Shown: piece after piece, positions 51,922 through 63,968 of the stretch
Position numbering within the stretch: position 1 is the first letter of the stretch
Layout: each line of letters begins with the position of its first letter
Origin: Phyllobates terribilis
Lineage: Eukaryota
DNA: 64,000 bases
Reading direction: 5' to 3'
Assembly: GCF_046119375.1 (NCBI RefSeq)
Contig: NW_027362773.1
Location: forward strand, 125,178,001 to 125,242,000
Translations under genes and position numbers: made by a program
Notes under the pieces: generated by a model
The model's database searches: none
What the model was told of the DNA's origin: nothing
Seen by the model: only the letters and a program-made list of their open reading frames with translations

Positions 51922-53115
51922 TGTAGCGTCGGCGTCCCTGCCTTCTGCTAGGCAGGGACGCTGTTCCCCTCACCTCTCCGCTCCGAGCCCGGCGCCCTCC
52001 TCCCGCTCTGCTGGCAGCGCGCGCTCCTTCCCGGCCACGGTGCTTAGGGCGCGCGCGCGCGCACTCCCCCCCTCTTAAAGGGGCCGCGCGAGCCGTCCTA
52101 AGGAGTCCCCGGCCAATGGCCGGAGGACTTCACCATATATAAGGCACCTCCTCCAAAATGGAGGTGCCCGAGCAATGTTGTTGCACTGTTCACTACTCTG
52201 CTTCAGCCCTCAGGTCCTGTTTCCAGTTACCTGCCAGTTACCTGCCAGTTTCCTGCCAGTTTGCTGTCTGATTCCTGCCTGTTATCCGCTTACCTGCTTG
52301 CTAGCCTGAGGTCCGACGGTCTGCCTTCCGACACCTGTCAGTCTGTCTATGGACCAGCTTGCCCGCTCATCTGGGAGCACTCATCTGCTACCTGTCTGCT
52401 AGCCTACCTGGAGGCTCCGCCGTCACGTGCTGTGACCACCTGCCAGTCCAGAGACTCTTGCCCGCTCACCTAGGAGCGCTCATCTGCTACCTGCCTGTTA
52501 GCCTACCTGGAGGCTCCGCCGTCACATGCTGTGACCACCTGCCAGTCCAGAGACTCTTGCCCGCTCACCTGGGAGCGCTCATCTGCTACCTGCCTGTTAG
52601 CCTACCTGGAGGCTCCGCCGTCACGTGCTGTGACCACCTGCCAGTCCAGAGACTCTTGCCCGCTCACCTGGGAGCGCTCATCTGCTACCTGCCTGTTAGC
52701 CTACCTGGAGGCTCCGCCGTCACATGCTGTGACCACCTGCTTATCCAGAGACTCTCGCCTGCTCACCTGGGAGCACACATCTGCCATCTGCCTGCTAGCC
52801 TACCTGGAGGCTCAGCCGTCACAGGTCGTACCTACTCTTTACCCAGAGACTGTCCCGGTCACTTGCCGTGACCTCCTGCCCGTTCACCCAGAGACTGCCC
52901 CGGTCACTTGCTGTGACCTCCTGCCCGTTTACCCAGAGACTGTCCCGGTCACTTGCCATGACCTCCTGCCCGTTTACCCAGAGACTGTCCCGGTCACCTG
53001 CTGTGACTACCTGCCTGTCTTCCCTGGTCGCCACCCGCTTCCTTACAAGGACCGCCCCCTTGTATAAGTTGCTCAGAGGTTCCGCCTCCCAGACCCGTTA
53101 CAGTTTGCTCGGGCC

Positions 53116-54066
53116 ATGGAACCCGGTGGCACCCAAGCTCCCTCGCTCTCGGACCTTTGCCATGAACTGTCCCGTCAGAGGTCCCAACAGGAGTCCATCC
53201 TGAGTCACCTGCGGAATGTCAATTCTCGCCTGGACACTCTGACTGCTCCACCAGCAACCACCGCTAGTGTCATGACTCGCAACCCAGCAGCTCCGCTGCC
53301 CACCAATACCATGGTATCCTGCTCCGGACCCCGGCTTTCTGCACCTCCTCGCTTCGGAGGCGACTCCGCTCAGGCTCGGGGCTTCATAAACCAGTGCACC
53401 CTGCACTTTGAACTCCTGTCCCACCAGTTTAACTCCGACCGGGCCAAAGTAGCCTTCATCATGTCCCTTCTCACGGGGGAGGCACTGGCTTGGCTAAATC
53501 CTCTAAGGAAGAGAGGAGACCCCCTGGTGTCCGACTTGCCTGCCTTTCTCACGGCTTTCCGGAAAGTCTTCGACGAACCCGGACGGAAGACCTCATCCGC
53601 ATCGTCTCTGCTACGCCTCCGTCAGGGAAGTCTCACCGTGGGCCAATATGCCATACGGTTCCGTACCCTTGCCTCGGAGCTGGCCTGGGATAACGACGCT
53701 CTGGTATCTGTCTTCTGGGAGGGTCTGTCCGGCCGTATTAAAGATGAACTCGCCGGTCGGGACATTCCTACCACTCTCGATGACTTAATAACTCTTGCCA
53801 CCCGGATTGACCTACGGTTCCAGGAGCGTGCCAAAGAGGTCACCCGTGAGAGGAGGTTTCCACGTCTAGCTCCTACCTTCCAGAAACCCGTCACTCCCTC
53901 CGTTTCTCCCCAGGTACACTCTCCTGAGCCTATGCAGGTCGACCAGACCAAGATGGTCAAAACCCGTCAGGACTTATGCCGTGCCGAGGGGAGCTGCTTC
54001 TACTGTGGCAGCAAGGAGCACCGGATCCGTACCTGCCCGGAGAGGTCGGGAAACGCCTGTGTCTAG
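53116..54066 (+). CDS. gag (316 aa; retrotransposon gag domain, EPMQVD, CCHC knuckle [14 protein letters not shown])
   Basis: Intact ORF starting 13 nt after the 5' LTR; PEG10/RTL-like gag motifs. Confidence 0.92.
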   Translation: MEPGGTQAPSLSDLCHELSRQRSQQESILSHLRNVNSRLDTLTAPPATTASVMTRNPAAPLPTNTMVSCSGPRLSAPPRFGGDSAQARGFINQCTLHFELLSHQFNSDRAKVAFIMSLLTGEALAWLNPLRKRGDPLVSDLPAFLTAFRKVFDEPGRKTSSASSLLRLRQGSLTVGQYAIRFRTLASELAWDNDALVSVFWEGLSGRIKDELAGRDIPTTLDDLITLATRIDLRFQERAKEVTRERRFPRLAPTFQKPVTPSVSPQVHSPEPMQVDQTKMVKTRQDLCRAEGSCFYCGSKEHRIRTCPERSGNACV

Positions 54067-54092
54067 GTTCGCTCAGAGAGGTCGACTTAGAC
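54048..54092 (+). other. -1 programmed ribosomal frameshift signal (G GGA AAC + 6-nt spacer + stem-loop)
   Basis: Heptamer 54048-54054 in the gag frame, pol in -1 frame; stem 54061-54092; equivalent site at 44206-44162 (minus). Confidence 0.8.
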
Positions 54093-57000
54093 AAGAATAA
54101 ATCCTCTCCATCTCTGCTGCTGTCTGTCTCAATTATCTGCGGGGAGAACCGTTATTTCGAACTAGCCCAACTTGACTCTGGAGCAGCCGGGAATCTTATT
54201 TCACAGTCCCTGGTAGAAAAACACCGCATTCCCACCAAACCTCTGGCTGTATCCTTATCTGTCGCTGCCGTGGATGGGGGCCTCTTACCACGTCCCATCC
54301 AACTCATCACCGAATCCATTACTCTGCAGGTGGGAATGCAGCATTCTGAGAGCATCTCTTTTCACGTTCTGCCTGGACTCTCTCACGCCCTCTTACTAGG
54401 CCTACCTTGGCTCCAGAAACATGCACCCGTGCTTGACTGGAAGACCGGAGAAGTCCTTCGCTGGGGACAGGACTGCCATAAGACTTGTTTGGTTCCCGTT
54501 CATCCCGTCCGTCCTTCTCCTACCCCAACTAATCTACCTGGACTTCCGATTCCTTATTGGTCATTTGCTGATGTCTTTAATAAAAAGGAGGCAGAGACAT
54601 TACCCCCTCATAGACCATACGACTGTCCTATCGACCTGCTACCCGGTACTACGCCTCCCCGTGGGCGTATTTACCCATTGTCCGCTGCTGAGACCCGGTC
54701 GATGTCCGAATATATTGAGGAGAATCTGGCCCGGGGATTCATCCAGAAATCTACCTCCCCGGCGGGAGCAGGCTTCTTTTTCGTTAAAAAGAAGGACGGC
54801 TCTCTCCGTCCCTGTATAGACTATAGAGGCCTTAACCAGATCACGGTGAAGAATAAGTACCCCCTTCCGCTCATTCCGGAATTATTTGATCGTCTGAGGG
54901 GGGGCTAGAATCTTCACCAAACTGGACCTCCGTGGGGCGTACAACCTGGTCCGTATCCGTCAGGGGGATGAATGGAAGACTGCATTCAACACCCGGGACG
55001 GCCACTATGAATATCTGGTAATGCCCTTTGGTCTCTGTAACGCTCCTGCCGTCTTTCAAGAGTTGGTCAATGACATCTTCCGGGACCTTCTCTACTCCTG
55101 CGTAGTGGTGTACCTGGACGACATCTTGGTCTTCTCTCCGGATCTCCAGACTCACCGGAGGGATGTTCGTCAGGTCCTGCTCAGGCTCAGGCAGAATCAC
55201 CTCTTCGCTAAATATGAGAAGTGCCTCTTTGAGCAGACCTCGCTTCCGTTTTTGGGCTACATTATTTCTCAGACCGGCCTCCGAATGGATCCAAAGAAAC
55301 TGTCTGCCATCGAGAAATGGCCTCGACCGTAGGGGTTGAAGACTATTCAGCGGTTCCTGGGCTTCGCCAACTACTACCGCCTCTTCATACCGCACTTCTC
55401 TTCCCGGACTGCCCCAATTTCCGCGCTCACCCGTAAGGGCACTAATCCCAGAGAGTGGCCGCCCGAAGCAGAGGAGGCCTTTCTTTCTTTAAAACAGGCC
55501 TTCTCTTCCGCCCCGGTGCTGCATCGCCCGGACGGCAACAAGCAGTTCTTCCTGGAAGTTGACGCCTCCTCCTCTGGAGCCGGTGTGGTACTTACCCAAA
55601 AATCGTCTTCCGGGAGAATGATAACTTGTGGCTTCTTCTCCAAACTCTTCTCCTCTTCTGAGCGCAACTATTCCATAGGAGACCGAGAGTTATTGGCCAT
55701 CAAGCTGGCATTGGAGGAGTGGCGTTACCTACTCGAGGGGGCTCTTCACCCGGTAATAATTTACACTGACCACAAGAACTTGGCTTACCTCCAGCATGCC
55801 CAGAGACTTAACCTGCGCCAAGCCCGGTGGTCCTTGTTTTTTGCTCGCTTTGATTTTGTTCTTCATTTTCGCCCGGCTGACAAAAACATCAAAGTGGACG
55901 CCTTGTCCCGATCCTTTCTGGTGTCTGACCTCGAGGAAGAACCTAAACATATCATCGATCCCGCCAGAGTAATGCAGGTGGCTCCCGTGAGTCTAAATCG
56001 TCTCCCTCCCGGTAAGACGTTCGTATCGGTACCTGATCGGGAGAAGATCCTACACTGGGGTCATTCGTCTAAACTAGCTGGCCACGCCGGTCAGAAAAAG
56101 ACCCTCCAGCTTATTACCCGGCACTACTGGTGGCCTACCCTGCACAAGGACGTAATAGACTTTGTTTCTGCCTGTGTGTCCTGCGCCCGCAACAAAGTTC
56201 CGAGACACCTGCCAGACGGTCGCCTCCTTCCGCTTCCTGTACCTGCTGCCCCCTGGCAGCATATAGCTATGGATTTCATAACTGATCTCCCCGTCTCTGC
56301 CGGTTGTACGGTCATTTGGGTGGTCGCTGACCGCTTTTCCAAGATGGCTCACTTTATTCCCCTGCCAGGCCTCCCGTCTGCACCCGAGTTGGCTAAAGAC
56401 TTTATCCGCCACATCTTCCGTCTTCATGGCCTGCCCCTCCACATCGTGTCGGATCGTGGGGTACAGTTCACCTCACGTTTCTGGAGAGCCACTTGTAAAT
56501 TGCTAGAAGTCACCCTGGACTTCTCCTCCGCTTACCATCCACAGTCTAATGGTCAAGTGGAGCGGATCAATCAGATCCTGACCAGTTACCTCCGGCACTT
56601 CGTTAATGCCCACCATTCTGACTGGGTGGATCTCCTGCCATGGGCCGAATTCTCTTACAACAATCACGAGAGCGAATCTTTCTCCAAATCCCCGTTTTTT
56701 GTAGTCTTCGGTCAGCATCCTCGGATCCCATTTCCCGTCTCCACCTCGGTGGATAATCCGGCTGCGGAATCTCTTGTTAACAAATTTTCCTCCATGTGGG
56801 AGAGTACCCGGTCCGCACTCCTTCAGTCGTCCGAGCGTATGAAAAGACATGCTGACAAAAAACGTCTGGATCCTCCTCAATTCTGTCCAGGGGATAAGGT
56901 CTGGCTCTCGTCCAAGTATGTCCGGCTCAAGATTCCTTCCTATAAGTTAGGGCCTCGGTTCATCGGTCCTCTGGAGATCATCAGTCAGATCAACCCGGTG

Positions 57001-57306
57001 TCCTATAAATTGAAACTCCCGGCCAACTTGCGGATCCCTAACTCCTTCCATGTATCTCTCCTCAAACTCGTGGTACTTAATTCTTTTTCCAAGTCTACAG
57101 GTACGCCTCCTGCTCCGGTTTCCGCTGAAAACGATTTTGAGGTAGAGAACATTCTGTCCACAAAAAGGGTAAGAGGAAAGACCTTTTTTCTAGTAGATTG
57201 GAAGGGGTTTGGTCCTGAGGAGAGAATGTGGGAGCCTCGGGAGAACATCCATGCCCCTCTCATCCTTGCTAAATTTCTGTCTGGCCTAAAAAAGGGGGGG
57301 GCCTAA
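54048..57306 (+). pseudogene. pol in -1 frame: protease (LDSGA), RT (YLDD), RNase H, integrase (HHCC, DDE, GPF), chromodomain; one +1 G in a G7 run (~54898-54904) and one TAG (55330-55332)
   Basis: ORF pieces 53976-54908, 55021-55332, 55336-57306; C-terminal FEVENILS...FLVDWKGFGPEERMWEP chromodomain. Confidence 0.93.
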
Positions 57307-57817
57307 AGGGGGGGTACTGTAGCATCGGCGTCCCTGCCTTCTGCTAGGCAGGGACGCTGTTTCTCTCACCTCTCCGCTCCGAGCTCGGCGCCCTCCTCCC
57401 GCTCTGCTGGCAGCGCGCGCTCCTTCCCGGCCACGGTGCTTAGGGCGCGCGCGCGCTCCCCCCCTCTTAAAGGGGCCGCGCGCGCCGTCCTAAGGAGTCC
57501 CCGGCCAATGGCCGGAGGACTTCACCATATATAAGGCACCTCCTCCAAAATGGAGGTGCCCGAGCAATGTTGTTGCACTGTTCACTACTCTGCTTCAGCC
57601 CTCAGGTCCTGTTTCCAGTTACCTGCCAGTTTCCTGCCAGTTTGCTGTCTGATTCCTGCCTGTTATCCGCTTACCTGCTTGCTAGCCTGAGGTCCGACGG
57701 TCTGCCTTCCGACACCTGTCAGTCTGTCTATGGACCAGCTTGCCCGCTCACCTGGGAGCACTCATCTGCTACCTGTCTGCTAGCCTACCTGGAGGCTCCG
57801 CCGTCACGTGCTGTGAC

Positions 57818-58239
57818 TGTTAGAACTTTGCTGTTAGGTTTTTTTTCCTTTGCTGGTCACATGACCTTGTTGGCCTATTTAATCCTGCTCCGCCCTTCTG
57901 GCTTTGCTGGACTTCATTGTATATCTACTTTCTAGCTAGCCTGTGCTCTGTATCTAACTCTGTTAGTTTGCTTGGTCTACGGACCTCTATGTTCTATCTA
58001 TTTTGTTTATTCGTCTGTCTGCTACTATTTCTGTTAGGAGGTGTCCCATATTCCTCCCAGTCCTTAGTACTTGTAGGGATTCCCTCCCCACATCTATAGG
58101 TCTCCGTACAGACTAGATTAGGACTTTAGCAGGTCTGATCGCAGGATCAGGTTCCCTGTTACATCGTAGGGATTCAGCTGAGTCCTATAGTAGGGACAGA
58201 TCTCCTCTCTTTCCTTAGCTTTGGTAGCAGAACATAACA
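57818..58239. mobile_element. Solo LTR of an unrelated family (422 bp, TGT...ACA) inside the 3' LTR of Gypsy copy 2
   Basis: TSD gtgac (57813-17, 58240-44); absent from the 5' LTR. Confidence 0.88.
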
Positions 58240-58911
58240 GTGACCACCTGCCAGTCCAGAGACTCTTGCCCGCTCACCTGGGAGCGCTCATCTGCTACCT
58301 GCCTGTTAGCCTACCTGGAGGCTCCGCCGTCACGTGCTGTGACCACCTGCCAGTCCAGAGACTCTTGCCCGCTCACCTGGGAGCGCTCATCTGCTACCTG
58401 CCTGTTAGCCTACCTGGAGGCTCCGCCGTCACGTGCTGTGACCACCTGCCAGTCCAGAGACTCTTGCCCGCTCACCTGGGAGCGCTCATCTGCTACCTGC
58501 CTGTTAGCCTACCTGGAGGCTCCGCCGTCACATGCTGTGACCACCTGCTTATCCAGAGACTCTCGCCTGCTCACCTGGGAGCACACATCTGCCATCTGCC
58601 TGCTAGCCTACCTGGAGGCTCAGCCGTCACAGGTCGTACCTACTCTTTACCCAGAGACTGTCCCGGTCACTTGCCGTGACCTCCTGCCCGTTCACCCAGA
58701 GACTGCCCCGGTCACTTGCTGTGACCTCCTACCTGTTTACCCAGAGACTGTCCCGGTCACTTGCCATGACCTCCTGCCCGTTTACCCAGAGACTGTCCCC
58801 GGTCACCTGCTGTGACTACCTGCCTGTCTTCCCTGGTCGCCACCCGCTTCCTTACAAGGACCGCCCCCTTGTATAAATTGCTCAGAGGTTCCGCCTCCCA
58901 GACCCGTTACA

Positions 58912-59757
58912 CAGGTCTGGTGACTGTGGAGGCCAGGTCATCTGGCATAGCACTTCATCACTCTCCTTCTTGGTCAAATAGCCCTTACACAGCCTGGAGG
59001 TGTGCTTGGGGTCATTGTCCTGTTGAAAAATAAAAGATGGTTCAACTAAACGCAAACCGGATGTAATAGCATGCCGCTGCAAGATGCTCTGGTATTTATG
59101 CTGGTTCAGTATGCCTTCAATTTTGAATAAATCCCCAACAGTATCACCAGCAAAGCACCCCCACACCATCACACCTCCTCCTCCATGCTTCACGGTGGGA
59201 ACCAGGCATGTAGAGTCCATCCGTTCACCTTTTCTGCGTCGCACAAAGACACGGTGGTTGGAACCAAAGATCTCAAATTTGGACTCATCAGACCAAAGCA
59301 CAGATTTCCACTGGTCTAATGTCCATTCCTTGTGTTCTTTAGCCCAAACAAGTCTCTTCTGCTTGTTGACTGTCCTTAGCAGTGGTTTCCTAGCAGCTAT
59401 TTTACCATGAAGGCCTGCTGCACAAAGTCTCATCTTAATAGTGGTTGTAGAGATGTGTCTGCAGCTAGAACTCTGTGTGACATTGACCTGGTCTCTAATC
59501 TGAGCTGCTGTTAACCTGCGATTTCTAAGGCTGGTGACTCGGATAAACTTATCCTCAGAAGCAGAGGTGACTCTTGGTCTTCCTTTCCTGGGGTGGTCCT
59601 CATGTGAGCCAGTTTCTTTGTAGCGCTTGATGGTTTTTGCAGCTGCACTTGGGGACACTTTCAAAGTCTGCCCAATTTTTTGGACTGACTGACCTTCATT
59701 TCTTAAAGTAATGATGGCCACTCGTTTTTCTTTACTTAGCTGCTTTTTTCTTGCCAT
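58912..59757 (-). pseudogene. Tc1 transposase, N-terminal part (paired-like HTH, GRPR, WSDESKF, QDNDPKH, WPPQSPDL)
   Basis: ORF 58882-59757; broken at SPDL by the Gypsy insertion. Confidence 0.93.
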
Positions 59758-62700
59758 AATACAAATTCTAACAGTCTATTCAGTAGCTGTGTACCCACCA
59801 GACTTCTGCACAACACAACTGATGGTCCCAATCCCATTTATAAGGCAAGAAATCCCACTTATTAAACCTGACAGGGCACACCTGTGAAGTGAAAACCATT
59901 TCCGGTGACTAACACTTGAAGCTCATCAAGAGAATGCCAAGAGTGTGCAAAGCAGTCATCAAAGCAAAAGGTGGCTACTTTGAAGAACCTAGAACATAAG
60001 ACATATTTTTAGTTGTTTCACACTTTTTTGTTAAGTATATAATTCCACATGTGTTAATTCATAGTTTTGATGCCTTCAGTGTGTATTTACAATTTTCATA
60101 GTCATGAAAATACAGAAAAAATCTTTAAATGAGGTGTGTCCAAACTTTTGGTCTGTACTGTATATACCTGACAGGGCTCCATCTAGTGGACTTGGGTGGA
60201 GGTGTCTGCATGTATTGAGGCCACTGGGGAGAATCCGTCTGTGCAACACCCAGGAGTTCTGTGACAGCCTGCAGCCGCAGGGCGTCACACACTGACGTCA
60301 GCGCCCGGCACATAGCAGTGACGTTCAATGCCCGCCGGCCTATCAGAGGCCGAACGCTGACGCACGCGGCTTTGATTGTCACTGCTATGCGCTGTCTGTG
60401 CGCAGCGCATAGCAGGGAGCACATGCCCTCGGCAGGAGCCATCAAGAGGAAGGTATGCTTTCTGACCACGGGCCCAGTGCGCAGCGGCCTCTGATGGGCC
60501 CATGGTTAGAAAGATCACGAACTGATTACCGGCAGGCGGGCCCCACTATATCTGTCACGGGGGTCCACCGAGGACCCCGGGCCCACCGGGGGATCTCCCA
60601 GTGTCCCAGTGGGCCAGTCCGACGCTGTCTGCAGCCTTGGAGAAGCACAAGGCACTGAGGATGGGCGAATCTAGCGGTCCTGCAATCTTCAGAGCGCCAC
60701 GAGCAGGCAGTAAAGCATTGGATCTGCTCATGCCATGAGTCTCTTGCCTAGGTCACTGGCCACGCTGGGTCTACAGAGGTGATCAGTAATCCAGGCAACG
60801 AGTTGTAAACTAGAAAATTAAAAATCCCTCAGTTTTTAAGAAGTAAATTGCAAAGTTGCTTGTTTTTACAAGCTCTTTACAATTGTACTCATTCAGGAGC
60901 TTGAGATCACCCCTTTAAAGGGGGAAAGTCAGCAAAACAATGACTTGTTAAAACCAATCACAGCATGTGGTAGGGGTAATAGCTTTAATAAATATTGTAC
61001 TTGTAGTGGTCAGATCTGCCGCTGTAGTTGCCAAAAATTGTTCTTTATTCAGATATACTAATGAGGCCATTAGCGGACACAGACAGAAGGGGCCCCTGGG
61101 CAAGAACAATATATGGGCCCTTTGCAATCCAATAACTCATTGTAATGCGCAATTCATCCTGCTTTGGAGGTGGTAGTGGCCCCCTTACCTCTTGGGCCCC
61201 TATGCGGCTGCACACGTTGCACCAATGGAATATGTCTGCCCCCAAATGAGGCGCCCGATGCACCTTTGGCGTGTCTGGGAAGGTCAGTGCGCCTTCTCAC
61301 CTAATTGTTTTCCACCTATCTCTGCCCTTCTCTTTCTTGATTGACAGCTCTAGCTGTACAGGAGTTAGAGGGAGGCGGGAAGTCGATTGGGAGGTTGCAC
61401 TGAACCGCTCGACCACGCCAAGGGTGCACCGAATGCATCATTAGCATATCTGAATAAGGAACCATTTCTGGAAAATAAAATTTCAGAAATCTCATGCACA
61501 CACATTGTTTTTCCTGACTGATTTGGAAAACTGCAAGATGTCACTTCTTTTAGCGTTTTTGCAGCGTTTTTTCAACCATAGAAAGCATTGAGAAAGTGCA
61601 AAAACGCAGCAAAAAACACAGGTATCAGGTTTTTGCTTCGTTTTTGGTGCAAAAAACTCAGGAAGTTGCATCATGTTTTTTTTTTGGGGGGGGGGGGCAC
61701 TAAACTTTATCAGCATGCACAACAGACAAATGTACCTGAAAAAAATGCAGCAAAAACGCAATGAAACCCGCTTTTTGTAAGCTACTTCTTTATTGCCAAG
61801 AGAGCAGGTTTTTACCTGCAGAAAAAAAAAACGCAGCAAAAACGCAACGTGTGAACAAAGCCTTTACATTTCTAGCAAAGTGCGTGGGACTTCTAGAAAT
61901 CTCATTCCCACTGTGCTTTTTTTTCTTTACACTGTGGAAACTGACCTGTGTTGCATTTTTCAAATCCACAACATGTCAAATTTCCCTTATGACTTTTATT
62001 TGTGAATTTTTCGCCATAGACCTGGATGAAAATCCGCAGGTAAAATCCGCATGTAATCCACACATGAATGTATCAATAAAGTTTTAGCAAAACCAAACGC
62101 CAGGAAATTTCCAAAACAGAGCAGCTTTGTTTGAAACATGACTCACCAACAAGGCACAAAAACCGCAGCCGAAAAAATGCAAGTCATCTAATTTACATAA
62201 TAGGCGCAGCAATTCTGCAAAATCAAAAAACTCACCATAATTCATTGTGGGAACACAGCTTTTTTAAATTTGATTTTTAGTAGGGTTATGTCCCCTACAA
62301 TGAGCTGTGCTTGGTTTGAACTATCATTCTGTGCCGACAGATTCCCTTTAAAGATATGCCGATTTTTCTTTTCCACAGTGGGAAACCTTCAGCGGCAAAA
62401 AAAAAATCACCAAATTGTGTGGGGCTTTTTTCGTTACAGATTAATTACATAAATGTTGCGGTATTGCTGCAGAACACACAATTTCCTGTGGAAATCAGCA
62501 TTGAAATCCGCAGCATAAATTGACAACATAGACAATACGACAGGTGGAAAAACCAAAGGATCTGATTCATTAAGACCGGCCCTTAAAGGGGTTGTCCAGG
62601 CTTAGGGATCAGATCTGCAGTCACTCTGGGTCACATGCCGACTAGACATGTGCAGCCTCGCTCTATTAAAATGAATTGGGCAAAGCTGGATACGTCTAGT

Positions 62701-63289
62701 CGTAATGTGACTGGAAATATGCAGATCACCTATATGGGGACAGGAGAGAAACAGCTGCCACAAAAATCTGTCCTCCTTATTTCAACTAAATGAAGGCGCG
62801 TAAAGCCTTATTCAAATACTGCAGGGGTAGGGAGGGGTCCGCAAAAGTCACAGCCACTGTGCATCTAAAGACCCTATGGAACCATGTATTTTTAGTTGCT
62901 TTTTTCCCATAGATTTCTATGGGGAGCCTAAAAAAAGTTGCAATTGGGCTAGTGTTACAATGTTTTTTAAAGAATTACTGCGTCAAATTTGCAACCAAAA
63001 ACGCATCCAAAAAGAGGGAAAACTTAAAAGAAAAAAAATCGGAGCACATTGCGCATTTTGGTGCAGAGACTCACGGAAAATAAAACGTAATAGGGAAAAA
63101 AAAATGCAGCGCTTCTGCAAGTGGGAACATGGCCTTAGACCAGATTCAGACGAGCGGATGAAAAATTGTCAGATTTTCATCCAGAAAACTCCATATTTTT
63201 TATGTGAAAAAAATGTACATGATGATAATACTAATAAATTAAGGGGTTAATGAGATCTGCTAGTAAGATTGTGAAGGCAAAACGACGCA

Positions 63290-63551
63290 GATTAGACGCA
63301 TTGGTCAGTTCGGTGGCATAGTACAGGCCACGTGACTGCCATAGCCCTCGCAATAAGTACCTTGTGCTGAGTGTCAATCACCAAGGGGAGGGGGCGTGGC
63401 GTCCAGGTGAGCGTGTAGCCACACCCCTCTCCCCGTGTGCTGGGCGTGGCCTGTGCAGGTGAGGGAAGAAGAGAGAGGACAGCAGCACTTCCAGGAAGAC
63501 TGCGCCGCTCCTCACAGACAGCCACGTACAGGGGACACGGAGCTGAGGCGG
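63290..63551 (+). promoter_or_regulatory. CpG-rich promoter / non-coding first exon of the kinase gene
   Basis: ATTGG 63300-04, CACGTG 63329-34, GGGGCGTGGC 63391-400, donor gcgg|gtgagt at 63552; acceptor (C)n-cag at 63927. Confidence 0.55.
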
Positions 63552-63968
63552 GTGAGTGGCCGTGCGGGACAGCCATGGCACTGCGGGGTGGCACTGCTGC
63601 TGGACGGTGTCACTGTGTGCCCTGCGACTGGCACGCGTGTGCATGACACTGGGTGTATGGGTGGCACTGGTGTGACTCACACAGATATGCACAGCTGCCC
63701 ACCGGCCATTGCAGGGAGCAGCACATTGTATGTGGCCATTGCAAGTAACCCCTTATTACATGCACCACAGGCAGCTTTAATGGTGGCCTAAAACTTTAAG
63801 GACCCCCCCCCCCCCCCTGATAACACTTTGCAGCCATCAGCAGGACTGTCCCTCCACATCTGGGAAAGGTTTGGACATGCTGTGAGCAGTGGGACCACCT
63901 CCTGTGCTTCCCCCCCCCCCCCCCCAGTTCTTGTTGGACAAACTGGTAAAAGAAGAAAACTCTCCAAC

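Larger units (their letters stand above)
51922..58911 (+). mobile_element. Chromodomain-bearing Ty3/Gypsy (Tf1/sushi-type) LTR retrotransposon, copy 2, nearly intact
   Basis: TSD caggt (51917-21, 58912-16); 5' LTR 51922-53102, 3' LTR 57318-58911; PPT aaaaaggggggg/aaaggggggg ~57289-57314. Confidence 0.96.
51550..60160 (-). mobile_element. Tc1 DNA transposon with long (~270 bp) TIRs, interrupted by Gypsy copy 2
   Basis: cagtacagaccaaaagtttgga ... tccaaacttttggtctgtactg, TA duplication in a (TA)5 run; TIR extends to ~51822 / ~59895. Confidence 0.95.
48355..60289 (-). mobile_element. Non-autonomous LTR retroelement primed by tRNA-Ser; ~1.06-kb LTRs, 1.2-kb internal region
   Basis: TSD cact (48351-54, 60290-93); 3' LTR 48355-49413; 5' LTR 50622-51549 + 60161-60289 (split by Tc1); PPT (minus) agggggg-aa before 49413; PBS 50596-50613. 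Confidence 0.88.
38317..60627. mobile_element. Non-autonomous hAT-type DNA transposon hosting ~18 kb of nested insertions
   Basis: TIR cagggtcggactgg / ccagtccgacgctg (13/14), 8-bp TSD tctgcaac / tctgcagc (7/8); skeleton 38317-39865, 46109-48354, 60290-60627. Confidence 0.7.

Noticed and set aside
52261-53203. ORFs within Gypsy LTRs (also 40324-41307, 57567-59033)
   Set aside because: Arise from LTR tandem repeats and differ between LTR copies.
39861-58916. Gypsy target preference for CAGG(A/T)
   Set aside because: Two sites agree but the third junction (gcatg at 41410) does not; sample too small.
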